Source of the DNA: Candidatus Saccharimonadota bacterium
Lineage (GTDB): Bacteria; Patescibacteriota; Saccharimonadia; Saccharimonadales; Saccharimonadaceae
Assembly: GCA_023898645.1 (NCBI GenBank)
Contig: CP060232.1
Location: 330,001 to 362,000 of the forward strand
DNA length: 32,000 nucleotides
Reading direction: 5' to 3'
A program made the position numbers and the translations under genes. The stretch's first letter is position 1, and each line of letters opens with the position of its first letter. This document shows, in pieces, positions 25,231 through 32,000 of this stretch. Below the pieces are notes generated by a model. That model was not told the origin of the DNA. It saw only the letters and a list, made by a program, of their open reading frames with translations, and searched no databases.

Positions 25231-26778
25231 ATGAACAAAAAACTTGAGGCCAAGTTAAAAACGCTCCCATTAAGTCCGGGTGTATATTTTCATAAAAGCG
25301 CTAATGGCGAGATTATTTATGTTGGCAAGGCGGCGGTCCTGAAAAACCGTGTGCGCCAGTATTTCCAATCGCAACGAGATATGGATGTAAAAACTCGAGC
25401 ATTAGTAGCGGAAATCGATGATACGGACTGGACAGAAACTGAGTCAGAAATCGATGCGCTATTTTTGGAATCAGAGATGGTGAAACGATACATGCCGCGT
25501 TTCAATATACTTTTGCGCGACGACAAGTCTCAAATATACGTGCGTATCGATATGAAAAGTGAATGGCCGACGGTTAGCTTTACTCGTAATCCAGCCGATG
25601 ACGAAGCGGAGTACTTTGGTCCGTACTACAATGGTTTCGCTATAAAAAAAGCATTACGATATTTACGCCGCGTGTTTCCGTATTACACGAAAGTGCCAAA
25701 AACCGGCCAGCGTGAAGACCTAGACACGCACATAGGCCTAAGTCCAGCTCCTAGTACAACGAGCGGCGAATATAAAGCGACGCTTCGCAAGCTTATTCGT
25801 TATTTCGAGGGTGGCCGCAAGACTTTGGCAAAGGAAATAGAGAAGGATATGCGTCTTGCTGCCAAAATGCATGATTTTGAAAATGCAGCTCGACTACGTA
25901 ACCGTTTGAATGATTTGGCGGAACTTCAGCGCAAGATTATGTTTGGTGACAGAGAGTTTTTGGATATAAGTAAGGATCGCGCTCTCGGTGACCTGACTAG
26001 CTTGTTGGCACTTCCAAAGGTTCCGGCGCGTATCGAAGGTTACGACATCAGCCATATGGGGGGCGTTAACGTAGTTGCTAGCATGGTGGTGTTTACGAAT
26101 GGTGTCAGTAATCGCAGTGAGTATCGTAAGTTTAAGATGAGAATCGAGCAAAATAACGACACGGCCAATATGCACGAAACAATCTTGCGGCGATTTAGCC
26201 CAAAGAACGTTAAAGAGTGGGGCACGCCTGACTTGATACTGATTGACGGCGGCAAAGGACAGTTGGACGCTGCTATTAAGGCCTTGGAATCTCGTGAACT
26301 TCACGTGCCGATTATCAGTATTGCAAAGCGCGAGGAAGAAATCATTGTTCACCAGACACGGTCGAACATTGACACGAAGGTGCTTGAGAGTCTCATAAAA
26401 AACCCGACTACGCATGAATATGTAGAAAGATCGGGTGCATACTATGTCGTAAATCTACACCCAGGTCAGCTTAATGCCGGTGCGCATTCGCGTAATTTAC
26501 GAGGGGGTTCACTTACTAATGCTCATTCCGATGTCGTGAAACTATTCCAACGCATTCGTGATGAGTCACATCGCTTTGCTGTTAGCTACCATACGGTACT
26601 TAAACGTCAAAAGCAGACTGCTAGTGATTTAGAAGAGATACCTGGCATAGGTCCAGCCACACGACGTAAACTCATCCGCACGTTTGGTAGTCTACGCGCA
26701 GTCAAGTCTGCAACTCCTGAGCAAATCGCCAGTGCAATAGGTGAGTCGAAAGCCAAAAAAATTCAACCATATCTATGA
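25231..26778 (+). CDS. uvrC: Excinuclease ABC subunit C
   Basis: It has the GIY-YIG N-terminus (PGVYFHKSANGEIIYVGKA...LKNRVRQYF), a UVR domain (FENAARLRNRLNDL), an RNase H-like endonuclease domain, and a C-terminal HhH (IPGIGPATRRKLIRTFGS). I moved the start from the track's 25177 to the ATG at 25231 (MNKKLEAKLKTLP), which is after the upstream stop and 7 nt downstream of TATAAT (25218-25223). Confidence 0.95.
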   Translation: MNKKLEAKLKTLPLSPGVYFHKSANGEIIYVGKAAVLKNRVRQYFQSQRDMDVKTRALVAEIDDTDWTETESEIDALFLESEMVKRYMPRFNILLRDDKSQIYVRIDMKSEWPTVSFTRNPADDEAEYFGPYYNGFAIKKALRYLRRVFPYYTKVPKTGQREDLDTHIGLSPAPSTTSGEYKATLRKLIRYFEGGRKTLAKEIEKDMRLAAKMHDFENAARLRNRLNDLAELQRKIMFGDREFLDISKDRALGDLTSLLALPKVPARIEGYDISHMGGVNVVASMVVFTNGVSNRSEYRKFKMRIEQNNDTANMHETILRRFSPKNVKEWGTPDLILIDGGKGQLDAAIKALESRELHVPIISIAKREEEIIVHQTRSNIDTKVLESLIKNPTTHEYVERSGAYYVVNLHPGQLNAGAHSRNLRGGSLTNAHSDVVKLFQRIRDESHRFAVSYHTVLKRQKQTASDLEEIPGIGPATRRKLIRTFGSLRAVKSATPEQIASAIGESKAKKIQPYL

Positions 26779-26790
26779 TATGCTGGGTCT

Positions 26791-28005
26791 ATGACTGCAT
26801 TGGACAAGTCTTTTTTTACAGGAAATCGCGAACGGGTTTACGATGAACTGAAGGGCGGCATACTAGCCGTACCTGCGTATACTCAGATGCAGCGCGGCAA
26901 CGATGCAGCAGCGCATTTTGAGCAAGAAGGCAATTTTTGGTATCTTACGGGCGTCGAACACCCTGACTGGTGGTTACTTATGGATGCAAAGCGACGTCGT
27001 TCGTGGCTGGTTGCACCAACCGTAGAGCAGCATCATGAGATTTTTGATGGAAGCTTATCACCTGAAGATGCTAAAAAAATCAGTGGTGTTGATGAAATAA
27101 TTGATCGACAGGAAGCCGATAGTTGGTTGCGTCAGGTGGCTCGTTCTCATAGGCTTGTTCATACTGTTGATGCGCCTTCCGGTGCCGATAGGTTTGGCTT
27201 TACTTTAAATCCGGCGGCGCATGAAATGCATGACAAATTAGAGCGAATTTTCACTAGCGTCAGCGATTTTCGTTTGGAGCTTGCTCGTCTGCGTGCCGTT
27301 AAGCAGCTGGTCGAAATAGCTGTTATGCAATCCGCTATCGACCTGACCGTCAAAAGTTTTGCCGACGTTAAGAAAAAAATCGACAGTTATAAATATGAAT
27401 ATGAAGTAGAAGCCGACTTTACATATGATTTTCGTAAATCGGGGGCGCAGGGTCATGCATACGACCCAATTGTTGCTTTTGGTAAAAATGCCTGCACGCT
27501 GCACTACATACATAACAATGACAAGTTGAACAAAGGTAAGCTGCTGCTGATTGATATCGGTGCTCGACAAAATGGCTACGCGGCAGACATTACACGCACT
27601 TATGCCGTCGGCAAGCCAACAAAGCGCCAACAAGCAGTACACGACGCTGTTCGAGAAGCACAGAAGCAAATTATCGAGCTCATCGAACCCGGGCTTCAGG
27701 CGGAAGCCTACTTTAATAAAGTAGACAACATTATGCAGGAAGCTCTGATAAGTCTTGGCTTAATTAGAGATGCTAGCGATCCTGACTATCGCAAATATTT
27801 CCCACATTCAATCGGTCACGGTCTTGGTATAGACGTGCATGATGCTCTTGGGCGGCCCGACGCATTTAAGCCGGGTATGGTCATGACGGTGGAGCCCGGT
27901 ATATACATACCCGAAGAAGGCATTGGCGTTCGGATAGAGGATGACATCTTGATTACCGACAATGGGTATAAAAATCTGAGCGCAAAGCTGTCAACCGACT
28001 TATAA
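26791..28005 (+). CDS. M24B-family Xaa-Pro aminopeptidase/dipeptidase
   Basis: 404 aa. The metal ligands and motifs of the pita-bread fold are present: [37 protein letters not shown] and RIEDD. Confidence 0.85.
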   Translation: MTALDKSFFTGNRERVYDELKGGILAVPAYTQMQRGNDAAAHFEQEGNFWYLTGVEHPDWWLLMDAKRRRSWLVAPTVEQHHEIFDGSLSPEDAKKISGVDEIIDRQEADSWLRQVARSHRLVHTVDAPSGADRFGFTLNPAAHEMHDKLERIFTSVSDFRLELARLRAVKQLVEIAVMQSAIDLTVKSFADVKKKIDSYKYEYEVEADFTYDFRKSGAQGHAYDPIVAFGKNACTLHYIHNNDKLNKGKLLLIDIGARQNGYAADITRTYAVGKPTKRQQAVHDAVREAQKQIIELIEPGLQAEAYFNKVDNIMQEALISLGLIRDASDPDYRKYFPHSIGHGLGIDVHDALGRPDAFKPGMVMTVEPGIYIPEEGIGVRIEDDILITDNGYKNLSAKLSTDL

Positions 28006-28038
28006 ACATGCGCTCGACATGCTACAATAACGACAGTT

Positions 28039-28428
28039 ATGCGTAAACAATTCGCAGTATTTCTAGTCCGCTGGCTACTGAATTCATTCGGACTTTGGCT
28101 GGCTGTCCGATTATTAGGCACCGGCTATAGCGACGTACAAGTTAATGCTACTCTCAGCGCCTTTTTGCTAGCCGGATTGATTTTTTCTCTGGTCAACACC
28201 ATCTTGCGACCAATCATTGTCATACTCTCATTACCGGCAATTCTATTGACGCTCGGTTTGTTTATGTTGGTAGTTAATGGCATTTTGGTTTACGTATCGC
28301 TCAAACTGGCACCGGGGTTGCAAATGTCATTCTTTAACTCAATTCTTACCGGTATGATACTAAGTCTGATAAACTATATAGTGAGTAGCGTACTAGAGAT
28401 GAGTACGCATCGAAGGGAGACAACATGA
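28039..28428 (+). CDS. 4-TM membrane protein of the DUF360 / phage-holin-4-like family
   Basis: 129 aa. The pattern [14 protein letters not shown]...[43 protein letters not shown] is typical of the PF04020-type family. Confidence 0.7.
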   Translation: MRKQFAVFLVRWLLNSFGLWLAVRLLGTGYSDVQVNATLSAFLLAGLIFSLVNTILRPIIVILSLPAILLTLGLFMLVVNGILVYVSLKLAPGLQMSFFNSILTGMILSLINYIVSSVLEMSTHRRETT

Positions 28429-28652
28429 CAATCGACGGAATTCTACAATATGTAATGATCGGATCTGGGGTGCTGATGATAGCAAGTATCTTACTACAGC
28501 AGCGAGGTGCATCTCTTGGCGCCGGTTTCGGCAGCTCCGGTGAACTCTACACCACAAGGCGTGGGCTCGACAAAAACTTATTTGAAGCAACCATTGTGCT
28601 GGCAGTGATTTTTATATTATCAATACTGGCAGGACTGCTGATCCCAGCTTAA
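28425..28652 (+). CDS. secG: Preprotein translocase subunit SecG
   Basis: 75 aa with two TM helices flanking LLQQRGASLGAGFGSSGELYTTRRG, the conserved SecG loop. The ATGA overlap with the upstream stop suggests coupling. Confidence 0.8.
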   Translation: MTIDGILQYVMIGSGVLMIASILLQQRGASLGAGFGSSGELYTTRRGLDKNLFEATIVLAVIFILSILAGLLIPA

Positions 28653-28673
28653 TTTATTGGTGGAATTTATTGT

Positions 28674-30449
28674 ATGGACAGCAAACGGGCATTGAAGCGG
28701 TTCAAACTTAAGAGGCATTCTAAAAAGCTTAAAAAGCATGCTCAAAATATCGAGGAAGCGACTACTCGTCATGCTCATCGGTTCTTAATTAGTCGCTGGG
28801 ACAAAATTCGCGAAGTTCGCCTACATATCATCATATGGATGGCCGGTGTCGGAGCGTTAATTGCTCTCGTCGGCGTGCAGATGGTGTGGTTTCAACAGAG
28901 CTACATTACAAATGCTGCAATAAGCGGCGGTACGTACGCTGAGGCAGTAAAGGGGCCGATTCAGACGCTTAACCCTCTTTTTGCAACAACATCAGCAGAG
29001 GTGTCGGCGAGTCATCTGATCTTTTCATCACTCTACGCAAATGACACGACAGGTCATTTAAAAGGCGACCTCGCAGCGAAAATGACCAACAAGTCTGATA
29101 AGGTATTCACGGTTAGCATGAAGCCAGGCGTAAAATGGAGCGATGGTAAGCCACTCACTGCCGACGACGTTATTTATACGGTCGAACTTATGAAAAATCC
29201 GTCAACTCGTTCGGTACAGGGTGTCAGTTGGCAGGGTATAGGCGTAGTTGCACTTAATAAATATACTGTGCAATTCACGCTGCCGGCAGCGTATGCCGCC
29301 TTTCCGCAAGCACTGACATTTGCAGTATTGCCTAAGCACGTACTCAGTAAGATTGACGTGGTGCAAATGAGAGAATCGAAATTTAGCACGGCCCCTGTCG
29401 GCAGTGGACCGTTTATTGTGACTTTAGTGCAAACTGTCAGTCAGACAACTGGCGAAAAAATCGTTCAATTGGACACTAATCCCTACTACTATGGCGGCAG
29501 ACCGCGACTTGACCATTTTCAGCTACACGCATACCCTGACAATCAAAGCATTGCTACCGCCCTCAAAACCGGTGCCGTGACCGGAGCTGGCTCTGTGACA
29601 AGCGATATTACTTCCGGTTTGAACGAAAAGGCATACGACACGGTACTTCGTCCGGTGGACGACGGCGTATATGTCATGTTTAATCTTTCACAGCCTTCGT
29701 TGAAAGACTCGGTTGTCCGTCGTGCGTTACAACTTGCAACTGACACTAACGCTATTCGTAATCAGGTTTACGGACACCCAGGCGCGCTATATTTACCGTT
29801 TATACCAAATCAAGTCATGGGAGCCGACAAAATTACTGCGCCTAAAGTAGACGTTGCCGCTGCTTCTAAGCTGCTGGATGATGACGGCTGGAAAATGCAA
29901 AATGGTGTACGTGTAAAGAACGGAACGCAGCTACGTCTCCGCGTGGTTATTCGTGAAAATCCGGACTATGAAGCAGCCTTGCAGCAACTTGCCTCGCAGT
30001 GGCAGAAAGTCGGCGTGCAGGTAGACTCGCAGATATTTAACACGTCTGATCCTAGCCAAAACTTTACTACTGATATCTTGCAGCAGCGTAATTACGACGT
30101 GCTCATCGACGATCTTGTTATAGGAGGGGATCCGGACGTCTTTGCTTACTGGCACTCGCAGGGTTTGCTGAACTTCTCGGGTTATAACAACAAGAATAGT
30201 GACGATGATTTGTCGAGTGCGCGTACAACGTCCGATCAGACGCTGCGCTCGCTTAAATATGTAGCGTTTGCCAAGCAGTGGTTAGCGGATGTCCCAGCTA
30301 TCGGACTATATCAGCCAAATCTTATATATGTTCATAGTAAAAATACCCAAGCCGTTCAGCCGGAGAATACGGTTGTTAGTGCCGACGACCACTATGCAAA
30401 CATATTGTACTGGACGGCGTTGCAGGGCTTGGTATATAAAACGCCATAA
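28674..30449 (+). CDS. ABC-transporter solute-binding protein, family 5 (peptide/nickel type), membrane anchored
   Basis: 591 aa with an N-terminal basic region and a TM anchor ([21 protein letters not shown]). The SBP_bac_5-like body shows [25 protein letters not shown]... Confidence 0.8.
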   Translation: MDSKRALKRFKLKRHSKKLKKHAQNIEEATTRHAHRFLISRWDKIREVRLHIIIWMAGVGALIALVGVQMVWFQQSYITNAAISGGTYAEAVKGPIQTLNPLFATTSAEVSASHLIFSSLYANDTTGHLKGDLAAKMTNKSDKVFTVSMKPGVKWSDGKPLTADDVIYTVELMKNPSTRSVQGVSWQGIGVVALNKYTVQFTLPAAYAAFPQALTFAVLPKHVLSKIDVVQMRESKFSTAPVGSGPFIVTLVQTVSQTTGEKIVQLDTNPYYYGGRPRLDHFQLHAYPDNQSIATALKTGAVTGAGSVTSDITSGLNEKAYDTVLRPVDDGVYVMFNLSQPSLKDSVVRRALQLATDTNAIRNQVYGHPGALYLPFIPNQVMGADKITAPKVDVAAASKLLDDDGWKMQNGVRVKNGTQLRLRVVIRENPDYEAALQQLASQWQKVGVQVDSQIFNTSDPSQNFTTDILQQRNYDVLIDDLVIGGDPDVFAYWHSQGLLNFSGYNNKNSDDDLSSARTTSDQTLRSLKYVAFAKQWLADVPAIGLYQPNLIYVHSKNTQAVQPENTVVSADDHYANILYWTALQGLVYKTP

Positions 30450-30453
30450 CGAC

Positions 30454-31842
30454 ATGGCGGAGATTCGCGATTTTTCACATTTGACTGACCGTCCTGAAAT
30501 AGAGGACAGGTTGTTTCGTAGTGAAGTAGTAGAGGAAGCTATCGAGGACGTATCGATACGAATTCACGACAAAGAACTTCGACGAATGTTTCGGCAGTGC
30601 CTGCCAAATACGCTAGACACAACTACAAGCTATCGTGAGGATGCTGACGGCAAACCAGATACCTTTATTGTAACGGGTGACATACCGGCCATGTGGTTGC
30701 GAGATTCAACTAATCAGGTGTGGCCTTATTTACGATTTGCCAAGAGTGAACCTAAGCTTCAGAAAATGTTCACCGGACTAATATTTCGACAAGCAAAATG
30801 TGTGTTGATTGACCCATATGCCAATGCGTTTGTCGATCCGCACCTAAAGAATCCACCTGAAACTCCTCACTGGCCACACGGTGACAATTGGCATCCCGGT
30901 GTGTGGGAACGAAAATACGAGCTTGATAGTTTGGCGGCTTTTATGCGACTCGTCGTCGGCTACTGTAGAGAAACTGGTGACGAAACGGTTTTGACCGACG
31001 AAGTTTTAGAGGCGATTAGATCAGCGGAAGAGGTTATAAGATCCGAACAAAAGCCCGTTACGCCAAAGAACCTTTCCGGCCTTCACAGAGCGATCATGCC
31101 AAACGGAGAACCTTTTCGTGTTGGGCGCGGTGAGTTGTTTGGCTATGGTGAACCAGGGTGGGGCGATGGCTTGAGTCGTAATCTTTTCCGTCCGTCGGAC
31201 GACGAAGCTGAACTGCCGTATCTTATACCAGCAAATGCCATGGCGACCGTTGCCCTAAACGGTATTTCCAGGGTACTTAAGTCGGTAACAAATGAAAGCG
31301 AATTGGCGTACGAAAGCGGCTTGCTCGCTCGAAATGTATACGAGGGCATAAAAAAGCATGGCTTTACTAATCATCCCAAATACGGCAGAATCTTTCGGTA
31401 TGAAACCGACGGATTTGAATCGCAACGGTTGATGGACGATCCAAACGTACCGAGTTTGTTGAGCTTATCATATCTTAATTTTTGCGAATCGACAGATCCG
31501 ACGTATCTAGCCACTCGAAGTTTTATTTTGAGCCGCGACAACCCGTATTACGCAAGGGGCAAGTACGAAGGGCTTGCTAGTCCGCACACCGGTTTGGGTC
31601 GTTTTTGGCCGATCGCGACCATTATGCAAATCATGACAAGTAATGACGATGCAGAAATCAGGTCGTGTTTGAAAACATTGAAAGAAACGCACGATGGTAC
31701 ACACTTTATGCACGAAGCAATTAATGTGAATGATCCGAGTGATTATAGCCGTCCATGGTTTGGTTGGGCGAACTCATTGTTTGGTGAGATGATTTTGGAT
31801 TTAGCTGAGCGGAAGCCAGAGGTTTTAGTGGGAGAGATTTAG
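30454..31842 (+). CDS. Glycoside hydrolase family 125 (DUF1237) exo-alpha-1,6-mannosidase-like protein
   Basis: It carries the signature [18 protein letters not shown] together with [14 protein letters not shown] near the C-terminus. I moved the start to the ATG at 30454 (MAEIRDF...) because the track's 30289 start overlaps the upstream gene. I see no signal peptide. Confidence 0.85.
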   Translation: MAEIRDFSHLTDRPEIEDRLFRSEVVEEAIEDVSIRIHDKELRRMFRQCLPNTLDTTTSYREDADGKPDTFIVTGDIPAMWLRDSTNQVWPYLRFAKSEPKLQKMFTGLIFRQAKCVLIDPYANAFVDPHLKNPPETPHWPHGDNWHPGVWERKYELDSLAAFMRLVVGYCRETGDETVLTDEVLEAIRSAEEVIRSEQKPVTPKNLSGLHRAIMPNGEPFRVGRGELFGYGEPGWGDGLSRNLFRPSDDEAELPYLIPANAMATVALNGISRVLKSVTNESELAYESGLLARNVYEGIKKHGFTNHPKYGRIFRYETDGFESQRLMDDPNVPSLLSLSYLNFCESTDPTYLATRSFILSRDNPYYARGKYEGLASPHTGLGRFWPIATIMQIMTSNDDAEIRSCLKTLKETHDGTHFMHEAINVNDPSDYSRPWFGWANSLFGEMILDLAERKPEVLVGEI

Positions 31843-31890
31843 GCAAAATTTTCGTGGAGGTTCGAGGCAATCGAGTCGACCAACGAAAAG

Positions 31891-31917
31891 ACCGACCACT
31901 AGGGTCGGTTTCTTCGT
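31891..31917 (+). terminator. Terminator hairpin after the GH125 gene
   Basis: ACCGACC-ACTAG-GGTCGGT (31891-31909) followed by TTCTTCGTT. Outer pairing CAACGAA/TTCGTTG extends the stem. Confidence 0.55.
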
Positions 31918-32000
31918 TGGTGCGCGCGAGAGGACTTGAACCTCCACGCCCTTGCGAGCACTAGCACCTCAAGCTAGCCTGTCTACCAATTCCAGCACGC
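31918..32000 (-). tRNA. tRNA-Leu(GAG), type II with a long variable arm; the 5' end is cut by the window edge
   Basis: The reverse complement reads ..GCG-TG-CTGG-AATTGGTAGAC-AGGC-T-AGCTTGAGGTGCTAG-TGCTCGCAAGGGCGT-GGAGGTTCAAGTCCTCT-CGCGCGC-A-CCA. It is collinear with E. coli tRNA-Leu. The anticodon GAG lies at 31970..31968 and CCA is encoded. About 4 nt of the acceptor stem lie outside the window. Confidence 0.85.

Noticed and set aside
30289-30453. The track's longer N-terminal extension of the GH125 gene.
   Set aside because: It lies entirely inside the upstream binding-protein gene in another frame. The ATG at 30454, 5 nt after that gene's stop, gives a normal-length GH125.

Overview
The window reads as a compact, gene-dense bacterial chromosome segment of about 47% GC. 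It is mostly housekeeping genes: ftsA-like, ruvX, mltG, a LysM-CHAP hydrolase, obg, sbcB, uvrA, dedA, rplY, trhO, a VIT1 transporter, uvrC, an M24B peptidase, secG, a peptide-type solute-binding protein, a GH125 mannosidase and a partial tRNA-Leu(GAG). Gene content and style suggest a reduced-genome Gram-positive-like lineage, possibly Patescibacteria/Saccharibacteria, but that is only an inference. Three things stand out. (1) A minus-strand operon at 11023-16142 encodes two large paralogous envelope proteins. They are built from 17 and 32 tandem 17/18-residue C-x5-C coils (C-G-x-x-S-N-C-S/T-N-x-x-N-N-G-x-x-x-x) and sit with a detached membrane-anchor module. I recognise no family and consider this the best candidate for something undescribed. 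(2) Between obg and sbcB lie two back-to-back noncoding transcription units of about 320 nt and 650 nt, each bounded by a promoter and a terminator, with clear helices that I cannot assign to any known RNA class. (3) A small islet at 20.7-22.1 kb holds orphan or decayed ORFs and two long perfect hairpins. Other points are an Erm-like rRNA methyltransferase, an unusually long leader upstream of the LysM-CHAP hydrolase, and start codons that often sit 6-11 nt downstream of a -10 box, which suggests leaderless mRNAs. I saw no CRISPR array, rRNA, transposase or integrase.
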